Part shown: positions 49,201 through 61,525 of the stretch, piece after piece
How positions within the stretch are numbered: position 1 is the first letter of the stretch
Layout: each line of letters opens with the position of its first letter
Assembly (NCBI GenBank): GCA_008632985.1
Contig: QPGO01000099.1
Location: forward strand, 103,679-167,678
Reading direction: 5' to 3'
From: Psammoneis japonica
Taxonomy: Eukaryota
DNA length: 64,000 bases
The notes under the pieces: generated by a model
Told to the model about the DNA's origin: nothing
Databases searched by the model: none
Seen by the model: only the letters and a program-made list of their open reading frames with translations
Position numbers and translations under genes: made by a program

Positions 49201-49754
49201 TGGAGGCGAGAAAGAAACAATCAAGTCTCACCGATGAGCAAGTCAAAGAAAAATGCAGTGAATGTGGCACCCTCTTCGGTCTGTTGGACTCACTCTTTGC
49301 TTCCATTCAGGTGGTTCACCCCACTGAAGAAGAGATTGCCACAACAGAGGAAACAACAAATCGCACTGAAGTCTTGTGGCATGGCTTGGGGACATCCATC
49401 ACAACAAAAATGCATTTGGTGTTGGATCATTTGGCAGATCAAATGCACGAACATGATGGGATCGGCAACAAGGACGAAAACCATGTCGAGGTTGAGCACC
49501 AACACTCTCACAAAGCCAACATCAGAACCCAACTAATCAAGAGACATGATGCACAGAAAAACGCCCAGATCAAGTTCCGCCAGATTGCCAAAGATGCTTC
49601 AGCAGCAGAGAAACGGGAGGAGGTGACGCAGGCCTCGAAGCAAAAATTCAAGGACTGCTCTCGCAAGACCGGGCATTTGGAGGCATCAAAGAAGAAGAAG
49701 GCCATCAAGGATGAGAAGAGGGATCATTTTAGAGGTGGGGGTCAATGCATGTAA
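46275..49754 (+). mobile_element. Chapaev/Transib-type (RAG1-related) DDE transposase, frameshifted and hypermutated
   Basis: GGDHG, GDLAF..VLG..CxxC, PPLH..G, HGGDFNG, ITTKMH..DH, ENHVE.EH. Split over ORFs 46275..46613, 46693..47796 and 47565..49754. Confidence 0.72.
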
Positions 49755-49980
49755 ATTGGCTCACCTGATTGTTGCTTTACGTGTGCCACAAACGAATGGC
49801 AGAAAAGTGAGCGTCGTGTGCAAAGGAAAAACGGCATTGGGCAAAAAAGTGAGCGTCGGTGCGTTGGATGCAATTTTTTGAAATTGTGCAGAAATGTACG
49901 TCAGTTTTCTGGCATGTCGAGTTTTGCACCAGACCTGCTGAGCACGCTGCGACCCACGAGCTGAAGCTGTCGTGTTCGCT

Positions 49981-51181
49981 GGGCGATCCAGGAAACTTCA
50001 AAGGCTTCAAAAGATTCCATGTTCCATGACATTTCTGATGTTTTTTCTACAAACGGAGCTCACAACTTGTTGGCGCCATTTAAATGAGGGGCAACAGACA
50101 AAAGATCGAACAAACAAGTTGTGTTTTCGAAGTTGTTTGAAGTGTTCGAATGTTGTTCAAAGTGTTCAAACTTTTGTTGCAAATGTGTTGCCCTGCTGTC
50201 ATTTGGATTAAAAGAAAAAATGTTTGAACTTTCATTGTCGCCCTTTTGGTCACTTCAAACTGATTCAAACAAAGTTCGAACTTGTTTGAACAAGTTCGAA
50301 GTGTTCGAAGTGCATGGCAGTGCTGTGTGATGTGTCTGTTTGCACAAACTGCATTTTCGTTCGCACTGCCCGGCACGCGACACTTGTCCCACCGTGCTTC
50401 ACAACAATGGCACCAAAACTTGGCCGCCAATTGCCCAAAACCACTCATTTGGATGCTGACAAGCAATGCATGGGTCCTCCATCAACCGCTTGGATTGACA
50501 ATGCCATGGTTCATCACCTCAAAACCAATTTTGTTGTCTGTAGAACCGCTCCTCTGTTGTCATCAAGACAAACCACATAAAACCCTGTGCAAACGAAAAA
50601 TGACAAGCTTCCATTGATGACATCAGTGCAAAAATGGCTCACATGATGTCATTGCAATGCCCTGCACAATCGCTCATGGGTTGATTGACAAGTTGGGGTC
50701 ATCTCTCACAGCAGCGTCAACATGATGTCGCATCGGAAGAGGCGGCATTTCGGTCATGGCAACATGGTTTTGTGCTGATTTGTGCAAGCGCTGTTTTGAC
50801 CACGCATCCAAAAAACACTCATGTGCAGAAGCAACACCACGCAGTGTGGCCCAAAGTTAATGACATGGTGTTTCCTTGTCAACATTTGCCCATCGCTTGC
50901 TGCAGAAGGCAGACAAATCAGAAAGCACAAATCATGTTCAACAATTTAAGTCATGTGAGACTTTGAAAATGTTTGAAGTGCTTCAAAGTGTTTGAACACT
51001 TCAAACAAGTTCAAAAACTTTGAACAAAGTCTGAGGCAATGACAAGGGCAACAGAGACAGAAACCTCAAAATGTTGGAAGCTTTTGTGTCCATCCTGCAC
51101 GAGGTCCACACAGGGATGTGTTGACAGGAGTTGGGAATCTTCTGTTTCTTTTTCAAAACTTTGAAGTTTCCTGGATCGCCC
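49981..51181. mobile_element. 1.2-kb non-autonomous DNA transposon with perfect 23-bp TIRs and subterminal TTCGAA/TTTGAA repeats
   Basis: GGGCGATCCAGGAAACTTCAAAG at 49981-50003 and its exact reverse complement at 51159-51181; clusters of GTTCGAA/GTTTGAA/TTCAAA at 50120-50310 and 50960-51025. Confidence 0.8.
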
Positions 51182-52509
51182 TGCAACTGCAGCCATTGAT
51201 TGATGTTTGCATGTTCATTTTCTCAATCACGGCCCAGCAATTCTGCAAGACTGGCAGGCAATGCAGAGAGTTCAAGTTTGGATGTGACTGTTTGAGGGGC
51301 CATTCAATGCTGACTCACATGGTGGGCTTGCCATTTCAACCAATTGAAAGCACTGGCTGTGAGAGGCATCCTCAGAGCACATTTGTTTCACTTGGAGTGC
51401 TGCTCTCTGTTGTCTGCAGGTGGCTGCTGCCATTTCAACATGCCCCATTGAATCCGCGACAAAGATTGGCTTTGTGCAGGATGCTGGGCACTTTGTGGAA
51501 AGGCGCAATGATGAGTTTAGGACAAAGCACTGTTTCACGCGTGCGCACAAGCTGCACGGCATTTGTCTTGGGGGGCAAATGCGAAGAAACGGCAACTCAT
51601 GGAATGGCGTCCTCATGCAAACCTGCAAAATCTGTGACAAAAGTGGCTGTGAAACAATGCATGCTAGAGTGTTGATTTAGAAGTGGCACTGCATTTGTTG
51701 GGAAGACTTTGGAACAGCACAAAGGCGCACACACTGCAGCAGGTTGCTGGGGTCGATCGCATGAGTTTCAGCGTTAAACTGCATGCTCTGTTGGTGCACC
51801 TGACTGTGTGCTGAGGGGAGGCAACACTCACTCACAACAGCCATGTGCTGCCTCAAGACAATGATGATTTGACACGTTCTTCCAAATGCTCGATTTGAGT
51901 GAGCTGTGCAGACAAAGTCAAGCTTTCGGTCTCTTTGAACGTGGCATCGGCGTGCAATGAATGGAAAAGATGGGACACCCCCGCACATTCGCAGGATCGA
52001 GTGAGTTTAGCCTGTGCTGCAAGAGGATTGGCATTTGCAGCTAGACACTAGCATCTACGCTGGAAAGGGGAAACAGAGCACCGTGCATTGGAGGCACAGC
52101 AATCTTTTTTCGAGCAGTGTGCAGTGTCCGACGAAGTTTGAACCTCGACCAAGTTTTTGATTGTTGCTGCACAGATGCTGCTGGTATTTTGACGAGCTCC
52201 ACTCAGACCACAAGATTAGACCAACGCCATTAAGAAAACGCCAATGTGTAGGGACTATACCTTGCAAAGAGAGGTTAAGCAATGATCCATGATGCGGCTG
52301 TGATTTGTGATTCTTGACTCGTGGCTCGTGGTGATCTTTTTTCTGTCCGTGACCCGCCTGAAGATCGTTTCGCGGTTCATCGATCATCGACTCGCATCGA
52401 CGCTGATGTCGACTGTCGAATGTCGAAGCTTTCACACAAGAGGGTAATACAACACACAGTATAAAACAACACGTCCAGCCTCCTCATCAGTCTTATTGTT
52501 GCTTCCATC

Positions 52510-52872
52510 ATGTCAAATATTCCAGGATCAGCTCATTTAAATCTTAGCATGGGCGGATTGGTCATGCTTGGCGGTGCCATGGGTTTCGCACGCAAGGGCT
52601 CCAAGGCGTCGCTGATTGCCGGTCTCGCCTTTGGTTCGCTGTACTTGGGGTCAGGCTATCTGATTTGCAACGACAAGGAATACGAGGGACACGCTCTCGC
52701 AACGGGATCGTCGTCCGCCATGGCGCTTGGCATGGGGCACCGATATGCTCAAACCAACAAGTTCTTGCCGGCGGGATTGGTGGCTGTCCTGGGTGTTGCT
52801 TGTGCTGCGTACAATTACAGAAAGGCAGCCGAGTGGGCACCTGTAGCAGACGAATCGACAAAAAGTGATTAA
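52510..52872 (+). CDS. TMEM14 family small membrane protein
   Basis: GGLVMLGGAMGFARKGSKASLIAG...RYAQTNKFLPAGL. Confidence 0.88.
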   Translation: MSNIPGSAHLNLSMGGLVMLGGAMGFARKGSKASLIAGLAFGSLYLGSGYLICNDKEYEGHALATGSSSAMALGMGHRYAQTNKFLPAGLVAVLGVACAAYNYRKAAEWAPVADESTKSD

Positions 52873-53432
52873 AAGCGAGGTGGAATCTATGCGCGTTTGT
52901 TCGTTCTCTAGAGGTTTAGGAGGTTTTTAGTCTGCTGATGAAATGATCACTTACTATTGATAGAGATTGTGAGAAAACTCGTAGGCTCTCTCTCTAGAAC
53001 ACACGGGCGTATTTGTTGTGTATTGTTAGAAAGTGAAAGATCATCCATAATGATTACGGTATACCAGAAGTTTTTGCTATCTGCAGAAGGGAAATGCATT
53101 TGAACAACGGTATATGTATTGCGACTCACCACATGATCGCAAACCTTTTAATCTCTGCATAACCCACCATCCACCAAAGGAGGGCGGCTTGTCAGTGCGT
53201 AGTAGTATGTGACGTATTCTGTTCGACGGAACTAGCTAGAGTGCAGATTTGATCGGCGACTTTGACAGTATGCATTAATCGGTTGACGAACAGAGCTGGA
53301 ATCGTTCTATTCTTTGCTAAGAAGAGCGACAATGTGTGGAGCTACTCGTACGTCACAAGGCTCGTTCCGTTAGAATTTATCACTGACAGTGGAAACACAC
53401 GAATTGCTAATATGATATTCGGAGGACGAGTG

Positions 53433-55500
53433 CTAAAAGAAGAGCATAGTATTCGTGTGGCGAACGGACTCCTTGTCGCCGCCGCTTCGTTGTTGCTCTT
53501 GAGCTAAAAGACCTTGTGTCGTCCCAAGTATTGCTGGCGAGCAGAGGATTGTCCCCGCCCAAGCTCCAAGGCCGATTATCACACTTCGCTGGACTATATC
53601 AAGGAAAAACGTCGTTCCAATGCCTTTCGTTGACAGTAGAGAACGAACAAGATAGGCCCCTGGAACCAGCGCATAGATGGCAGCAACTGTGTTCCCGACA
53701 GACTGGCGGCCGTTGAAGCGAGAAAAGACACCAGCGCAAAATGAAGCGACCAAAGCAGAAACGAAAATGTTGACATTCACGTTGGCCCCGGCTTGTCCGA
53801 GACTCCAATTGATTCCTACAGCCAAGCTTCCGTGGAAACACATGTCGGGGAGGTCGTTGTAGCTGGGATGGAACAGACCAGACCAAGCAAGAGATGACAA
53901 TGGCACCAGTAGCAAATACCACCAAACACTAATGCCGTTTGTGCATTCGAGAAACTTTGTGTTACTCGCGTCGCCCATAATCGCAGCGGCAACATACTGT
54001 CCAAACCGAAGAAAGTAAGCGATCAAACCAGTGAACAATACGCCCTCGAAGAAATTGGCACCACCTGTTCATCAGTACCAAACATAGTCAGTCGGAATTC
54101 ATGAAACATAAATAAAATTGTCCAACTCATTTACTCACCAGCCACAGTTTGCTTGCAGAGACATTCAATAACAGCGTAAACGATTCGGAATCCCTGCAAA
54201 ATGTTCAACACTCCTCCTAACGACATGGCCATGAAACATGTATCGTTTGGCCATACGAGAGCAATCAGACCTGCAGTAAGACCAACGACAAGGCTTGCAA
54301 CAATTTCGAACACGATTCTCTCTTGCTTTGACAAAGTTTTTAACGTTCCGATGAATGAAACGACAAGCGCCAAACTACCTGCGATAACCATGTCTGACAG
54401 ATAGGCAATGTTGTTAGCTTAGCACAAAAGAACTACAGATCCAACATATATTGACTTTGTTGCTTACCCTTCCACGATCCGTGGAACCAAAATCCGCAAG
54501 CACCTGCAGAACTCATCATCCGAAAGAGGTTTAGCATCCAGCCCGGATACAACACCTTTGTGTCTTTGCGAATTTGTTCCAGAGCTTGTAGTGCCTCAAT
54601 GGTTGCAAGCCGACTAAACAAATCTCGTTCTTCTTCCGAAATCAGCCAAAAGCCATCTCCTGACTCGAAGTAGGACATTCTTCGATTCACCTTTTTTTCC
54701 TCCGTCGGGGAAAGGGTCACACCGGTCATTTCTTTGTTTTCCGGTTCCCTGGCATTCGAAAAGAAGAAGATACTTTCTGATCCAGATGCCAACGACAAAA
54801 TCTTGTATGCTAAGCTCTCTCGATCGCCCTCACAAGTAGCAGTGCTGGTGCCTGTCTTACTAAAGTCTCGCGCTGATCCTGTATTGGCTGCCAAGGAGAG
54901 TTCTTTGGGATTGGGTAGACGAGCGGGAAGGTTATTGGCTCCGCGTGTATTGGTGGCAAAACTTACGAGCCTCACAATTACACTTTCCATAGCGTCGAGT
55001 TTTCTCATATGAAAGCCTCGTTCCGCATTAATCATGGACGTCTTGCCTGACCAAGGTTCTTCAAACATTGCTTTACGGGGTAACAGCAACCAATGGACGT
55101 TTGAACGACCTGTGAGACCCTCGGACGCCATTTGCATCACTGGTCCAAGCACCCAAATTGGCGCACCTCCAGCATACAGATCCTTGTACACTTGTCTCAA
55201 GACGTACTCTTGATCACGAGGGCCGCCACGAAATGGCATACCGTATCTGTCCTTGTACAGACGAAGTAACGAGAGGCACTGAGCCAAATTTTCTAGCCCT
55301 CGTTGGAGTTCTGCGTCGGTTTCTTTGGCATAGGATGCCCCTCCGACGACGAGCCATCGTAGAAAAGGTATACATCGTTGGTTTTCTTCGCCCTTTGGAG
55401 CATAGTGTCGCCAATCGTACACCGGTTCATCGTCGAGAAGCGGGCTATTCTCAAGGTCCTCGTCAAATGCGCTACTGCCATTACCGTTTTGGTATCCTCC
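53433..55500 (-). CDS. ThrE-family (threonine/serine exporter-like) membrane protein, multi-exon; 5' end uncertain
   Basis: Polytopic membrane protein with ILQGF and LVPG motifs in duplicated halves. Three minus-strand ORFs (54433..55422, 54131..54391, 53433..54038) are separated by GT-AG introns near 54400-54467 and 54066-54135. Confidence 0.7.
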
Positions 55501-56146
55501 AACGGGACTGAAAGTAAAGCTTTTGTTCTTCTCTCATCGTTATGGATTGTTTCTCATTACAATTCATTTATTATGCGTGACATAGATCGCTGGAGTGGAT
55601 ATTTTACTTGATGCAAATTCACAGAGAACAACAGGAATCTAACAAATGAGAACCCCCGACTGATTGTTGGCTGCATCAACGGCATGTTCTGAGTCGTGTT
55701 CTCAGTCGTGTATCTTACCAGCAGTGATTTTATAAGCAATGTACACAATGTCGTTTTTCGCGGACTTTTTCGCGCGACCAAAGCGCCACCAAACGCGCTC
55801 CGAGCTCAGCAAAACTCCGGCAACTCCCGATCCGATAGTGTCGGCACCGCGGCGGCGGCCCGGCACCATGCACCATGTTACTACTTCTATGCGCCATCGC
55901 TACTATCGGTCACTCTTCGAAGCGGAGCTCCGTATGTGCTTCTCTCAATTGCTTTCTACTCGTGCTGCAGCTTCATCTAGCCGGAGGTCCGTGTGAGACT
56001 TGCGATCACCTTAGATACTTTCAGGCGAGAGCCGCTTTCTTTTAAGTGTAAATCTCATCACCATACTCACGACACGAAGCGCATTCACACAGTACGAGTA
56101 CGGTATACGGGAGAAGAAACAGTCTGGACGAAACAGCCAGAAGACA

Positions 56147-57973
56147 ATGGATAAGTTCGTAGCCGCCGAAGCAGAGCGTTCCAGTTGCTGGGACAACATC
56201 GTCAGAGAATACGCTACAAAATCCGGCGTCCTCAAGGAAAGGGCAAAAGAGATCAATGATGCTCACGCGGAGCTAAGGCAGAAGAAAAGCAAGCGGGCCA
56301 AGACGAACGGCAATCCAAAGGCAAGTGACCGAGACATCTTGGATGTAAACGCCGGAGGACAAATCTTTCGAGTTAGTCGCGGCACCATGACTTACTTTCA
56401 AGGCTCGCGTCTCGAAGCGCTCTTTAGTGGTCGTTGGGACCTCAAACTTATGCGCGATTCGAAGGGTCGAATATTTCTCGATGTCAATCCAATCTGCTTC
56501 AACAGCATTGTGGATTATTTGAACGAATGCAAGATCGCAGCCCCAGACGATATGCCAGATCCTCCTTATGTGGGAAAGGAGCACGAAGGGTTTCTAGATG
56601 GGCTTTTGACCGCTTTTGGTCTTGACGAGATTTGTACAGCAGTGCAACGCATTGAGAGTGTAATTTTGACTGATGTGGATCATGTTTCTGCCCTTATGCA
56701 GTTTTTGAATGAGAGTGGTGTAAGCGGAGGATTAGAACTACTTTACAGAGGATCCCGTGATGGTATGACTCCCGCGTCATTTCATGGAAAGTGTGACAAC
56801 CAAGGATCAACACTGACGGTGATCAAGTCCCAAGGAGGACATGTGTTTGGAGCGTATGTTGATAAGGATTGGCAGAGCTTAGGAGATTATCGGCCGTCAA
56901 ACAAGGCGTTCCTTTTTGGTCTGCGTTGTTTCTCGAGTAACGACCCATGCAAACTCCCGCTAGCTCTATCTGACTGCGAATATGCAATATACGACCACCA
57001 TGGCCGCGGACCCATGTTTGGTGCGGGGACTGATTTGTCGATAAACTTGCAAAGTGATTCAAGCACCGTCTCTTCCAGTCTTGGGCCCTCCTACCGGCTT
57101 CCGAAGGGGAACAGAAATACGTTTAACAGAGAAACGTTTCTTACCGATGATGGACGTCTTGTCGAAATCGAGGTTTTCAAAGTGGACAACGCATCGTCAA
57201 GGGTTAAGCCACCGAGTTCCGTAAACAAAACGAGCAGCTCTGGTATTTCGGGTGATTGGGTGAATGAATCCTTTAATGGATTCCCCAATGACGTAAAGGA
57301 CATCTTTTTGCGTGAGAAGCAGGCCCTCGTGGAAGCCACAATGGAACTTTCCGAGCTTCAAGATGCATTTGGCAAAGAAGACGCCTTCATTCAAGCATTT
57401 ACAAAAGGAGACGACCAGAGCAGAACTGTTTCTCTCAACGTCAGTGGCCATCCTATGGAAGTGAGGACAACCACGCTTGAACAGTTCCCAGAATCGGTTC
57501 TCTTCAAACAGCTTGCTGACCCGCTCTGGAACAGGGCGCGAGGAGGGGACAAGGTCGAATCTCCGCGCAACTGGGAGCCGAAAGAAGTGGTTGATTGGGT
57601 CGCGAAAATAAATGGTTTGTCAGAGGGCGTTTCCAATTTCTTTGAAGATACTACAGGGGCCGAACTGCTCGCAATGGATCGGGAAGATGTCAAGGATCTC
57701 GGTATCAAGAAAGCAGGTGCCGTTGCTCTCTTGTCGAGAGCCATCAAGGATCTTCGTGACAAAGAGTTAGACAGCTCCGCAATCTTGATTGAACACAGTG
57801 ATTACTGCATGGGCAAGATCATTGATTACATGCGTCTCAAGGCCATGACTGGAATCGGTGTTCCAGCGCCATCGCCGCCCGAGATTTGCGAACCAGAGAA
57901 GAAACGATTCCAAAGGATTGTGGAGTTCCATTTTCCCGACAAATCCGAGGCTGCCGAGTTTCTCGGACTCTAG
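56147..57973 (+). CDS. BTB/POZ (KCTD-type) + TLDc + second BTB with a SAM-like insertion
   Basis: LDVNAGG..SRLEALFSGRW..IFLDVNP..F..IVDYL; LLYRGSRDG..FHGKCDNQGSTL..HVFGAY..GPMFGAG.DL; VSLNVSG; W.PKEVVDW..TGAELL.MDREDVKDLGI. Confidence 0.85.
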   Translation: MDKFVAAEAERSSCWDNIVREYATKSGVLKERAKEINDAHAELRQKKSKRAKTNGNPKASDRDILDVNAGGQIFRVSRGTMTYFQGSRLEALFSGRWDLKLMRDSKGRIFLDVNPICFNSIVDYLNECKIAAPDDMPDPPYVGKEHEGFLDGLLTAFGLDEICTAVQRIESVILTDVDHVSALMQFLNESGVSGGLELLYRGSRDGMTPASFHGKCDNQGSTLTVIKSQGGHVFGAYVDKDWQSLGDYRPSNKAFLFGLRCFSSNDPCKLPLALSDCEYAIYDHHGRGPMFGAGTDLSINLQSDSSTVSSSLGPSYRLPKGNRNTFNRETFLTDDGRLVEIEVFKVDNASSRVKPPSSVNKTSSSGISGDWVNESFNGFPNDVKDIFLREKQALVEATMELSELQDAFGKEDAFIQAFTKGDDQSRTVSLNVSGHPMEVRTTTLEQFPESVLFKQLADPLWNRARGGDKVESPRNWEPKEVVDWVAKINGLSEGVSNFFEDTTGAELLAMDREDVKDLGIKKAGAVALLSRAIKDLRDKELDSSAILIEHSDYCMGKIIDYMRLKAMTGIGVPAPSPPEICEPEKKRFQRIVEFHFPDKSEAAEFLGL

Positions 57974-58618
57974 AGAGTAGATTTTACAAGTATTTTGTCA
58001 TCCCAGTTCTTGCCATTTCGTTTACTACTGTGCATTTCCAACGTTGCCTTTGAATTGCGTTACCCACCCTCTCCGTCAGTCAGTCAAAACAATGCGGTAT
58101 GGTGAGGGTGACTCTTCAGTCTGTCCTCATCAGTCTCAGTCTTTGGGCTATTGTTTTCTTCCAATGAGGTCATTTGGGGCATATTATTGGTTCGATAAGA
58201 ATGTCTAATAGTCACTATTTGACATTTCGACTGGCATTATAGGGTATCTCTCGTCGGCGCGCCACAAAATGCCGAGCCAAGAGCCACAACACCTCGAGGA
58301 ATAGGAGGAAGGCTTCGCTGGACTGAAAACGATTGTTTCACTGTCACTGTTAGCTCCTATTGTGCACTTGAGAAAAACATAGCTACATTCACTAAGACCA
58401 CTCATGATAAACGCGCTTTTGTAGAAGGGTAGATTTGAAAGCTCAGAACTAAACGTGCAAAAACAAATAAAGCAACAGTTAACATAATATTTTCTGCCTT
58501 AGAATCCAAAAGACCGGTGCCATAGGCAGCCCTGGTGATTGAACGTCGCATCTCGCAATCAAGCGTTCTCGTTCTTTTTCATAGGTACAAATAGGTGTCC
58601 AGATATATCCCTACACAA

Positions 58619-59284
58619 CTATACGACAGCCATGCTTCCGTGTTGCTTTGCTCTATGGGGTTCTTCGTCTCGTATCGGGAGAGGCGACTGCGTCTCCGAA
58701 TATAGGCAACTCGTAACACAAGCGGTCAGCAGCATCGTCACGAGCGTCAGTTCTGGTGATGTCGCTCGATCCAAAGGCGATTTTACTGTAATGCAGTACG
58801 CCTCGAAGAGAAATTCAGGAAGAATCATCCCAAGAACAATTCCCATTGAAAATGTTCTCCACAGCGTGAATTTGATGATGTCGAGGACGTCTTGAGGTAT
58901 TTCGTAGGCTTGGAGGGGACTAACCAATAACGTAAGATACAGGCATCGAATGGCCAGAATGAATACTGTGACGAGGGTATTGAAAGCGACTATCACGACA
59001 CCCGTCAACTTCTGGTCATCCAAATCGAAATGGGACCCTGCATCCCTTATCGATGTCCATGAGCAGAAGAGTGCGAGCGGCACAAGAACGCCAAAAGAAC
59101 ATCCGAGACCTGTTCCCAACCGGACAAGATTTCTTAGGGATCTCTCAGAAAGGTCACATCTCGTTTGTACCTTGTCGCTTGTGGGCGGTTCATCATTTCT
59201 CGCTTTTTCGTCTCCCAATAGATGCACACCGAACTCCGACTCTTCCACGAGATACGGCACCGGCTCCTGTGGTCGCGGTGTCAT
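58619..59284 (-). CDS. Hypothetical membrane protein (about 4 TM segments)
   Basis: 221-aa ORF with several hydrophobic segments; no family recognised. Confidence 0.45.
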   Translation of the reverse strand: MTPRPQEPVPYLVEESEFGVHLLGDEKARNDEPPTSDKVQTRCDLSERSLRNLVRLGTGLGCSFGVLVPLALFCSWTSIRDAGSHFDLDDQKLTGVVIVAFNTLVTVFILAIRCLYLTLLVSPLQAYEIPQDVLDIIKFTLWRTFSMGIVLGMILPEFLFEAYCITVKSPLDRATSPELTLVTMLLTACVTSCLYSETQSPLPIRDEEPHRAKQHGSMAVV

Positions 59285-60054
59285 TCTCGATTACAAACTT
59301 GGCAAATACTCTTATTACCGACCACACTGTTTGAAATGAAATGACAATGGCAGTTTTTGTCTGCAGCTGTGACTGTTGTTTCAAAATGTTGGGCGACCAA
59401 GCGTTCGTGACAATGCCTTTAGTCGGAGGAGCAGTTTTTGTGGGCTTAATTGTAACTCACGATGTCTTTCCTGCTATGGGCTTATATCATTTTGAAATTT
59501 TGGTCCAAGGGCAATACAAGATCATAGTAACAATCGAAATGTCACAGAACATGCTGTCATTCTTTCGTCTCGAGTCATTCCCGTATTACAATCGCGTAGA
59601 TTCTACTTCACGATTACTTCTAACCCCCAGCTCGCGTGACGGGAACACAAACAATTTGGGTGGAAGGAGAGCGAGACATGTCAGTCCCCTATTTCCAAAT
59701 AACACACCGGTAATGCAATCAGCGATGACATGGCTCTGTAAGAGTATACTAATATATTCGAGAAGTCTCGCTGGGAATAATTCAATAGCCCTCAAACGAA
59801 TGATTAACCTCGATGCTGTAAAAGTGTAGTTAGCACCCGGGTGGCCTCTTTCGGTGCCATGTACCGTAACACTACTCTCTAGACAGCTGATTACGATGCT
59901 GCGCAGGAATCAGAGATCATCAGCTGAAATGGAGATTTGTATATGGTAGAGTAGCAGTACTCACTTCATCGCGCCGCCAGGCTTCGTGTGGCCCTCTTTA
60001 ACAGCAAAATGTAGGGCATGCTTATAGATAGGGTCTATCGTTTGTCAACAAAGG

Positions 60055-61307
60055 TTAGTTTCCTTGTTGAAAAAATGTGGCAACTCGTTCGCCAGCCTCC
60101 AACCCACTTAATGCGGCTGCTTCCAGAGGCGTCGCATGTCTGGATGGCTTTGAAATGAAGTCGCCACAAATTGCAAGTCTCCATGGCGCCAGTGTTACAC
60201 TGTCTTCTAGTAGATCGAGGGTTTTGCCCTGGAAACCTGCTCTCCATAGCTTCGAGCTCAATTCTTTTGGCTTGGGTACCGATGCAGTGTCGCCTCCGAA
60301 ATAAGTTGCGACTAGACGAGATACTTCTTGCGCCAGCATTGACTCAGCCTTCGGTTGCTGATTCTCCGCCATGAAATATTCAGCAAACTCAATTGTCGAT
60401 ACTCCCGTCCACAAGTCTCTATCTTTCGAAAGCCGTCCTGGTTTGGATGCTTGTCTAGCCAAAAACTGAATCATTGGGGACCCATGAACGCTTACCGCAT
60501 CATAGGGCAAATTATCGGAAATCCTTCTGGATAAAGGATAGAAAAGGTGATTACCGGCCTTTTCGCCTCTCGTACACCCTCCAATGCGTCAGCGAGACTA
60601 AAGAGTCTATCACTTATCGAACAATCGCCTTTAGTGTCGTGAATGGATGCCTCTTGCTCTCGTTGTGCGATATCGTGAACAATAGTACTCGCAATCGTAG
60701 GGTCGTGAGTAGCTATTACTAACGCATCATACGCAGGTTCATCAAGTACGCTCTGCCCATCAATGCTAAGCCTCCAGCCACCAACGTCTGCAACTGTCTC
60801 TGCACCAACGACCCGTGCGTCTGAATGAACTTCAATTCCTGCCATTTCACAAATACTCGGACACAGATTCATCATGTGAGGTATTCCAACATAGGCCGGT
60901 CCTCTGCTGTTGTGAGTCACAAAACCGCAAAAGTCTCCTCCACTCGTCGCATTTGCGCACGTAATCGTGTCGCTCTTGTTATCCTTTTCGTTTTGTTGTG
61001 CTGTCGCCCCGACAATTTCATTCGGCAAAAAGCCGCCACTTTTGGATCCCAACATTCCAAAGCGACCCTCCCACTTTGCCACCATGGAATTTTGTTGCAA
61101 TAAATTCATGACCGAAATCAACCGAGGATCGGAAGCACGGAAGAATTGCGCTCCGCCGTCATGCTGCGCACCACCACGTAATCGGCCACCCACTCCGTTT
61201 CTTCCCGCATCAAGAATTACTGGAGAAGCACCACGATTTCGAAGAACAAGAGAACAAAGGGTTCCTGCAATGCCACCACCAACTACAGCAACGCGGGGTT
61301 GAGCCAT
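60055..61307 (-). CDS. Renalase-like FAD/NAD-dependent oxidoreductase; 1-nt frameshift near 60520
   Basis: VAVVGGGIAG, GVGGR, HDGGAQFF, YVGIPHM, LAICGDF, EAAALSG. Adding one T to GGATTTCC restores the frame, so this may be a homopolymer error. Confidence 0.8.
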
Positions 61308-61525
61308 GATGATGCGATTCCAGCGACATGGATAGTGCGGGCATTCAGTGTAAAGAAAGAAGAAAATGAGGCGCATCGCATGCACAAGGATGACGGATGA
61401 CGGACATGCGACGCGGCCCATAACACATGCATTGAAATCATGCATAACGCATGCATCGATCGCATCATGCTGGCGTACAGTGTTGGCATCTTTTTTGGCT
61501 TCTTGCTATTCAGTTCTTCTCGACT

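Noticed and set aside
50120..50310. CRISPR-like array or heat-shock element cluster
   Set aside because: Units are short and irregular with no unique spacers; better explained as transposon subterminal repeats.
60492..60530. Renalase-like gene as a true pseudogene or programmed frameshift
   Set aside because: A single missing T in a homopolymer, with otherwise intact motifs, is most simply a sequencing error; not resolvable here.
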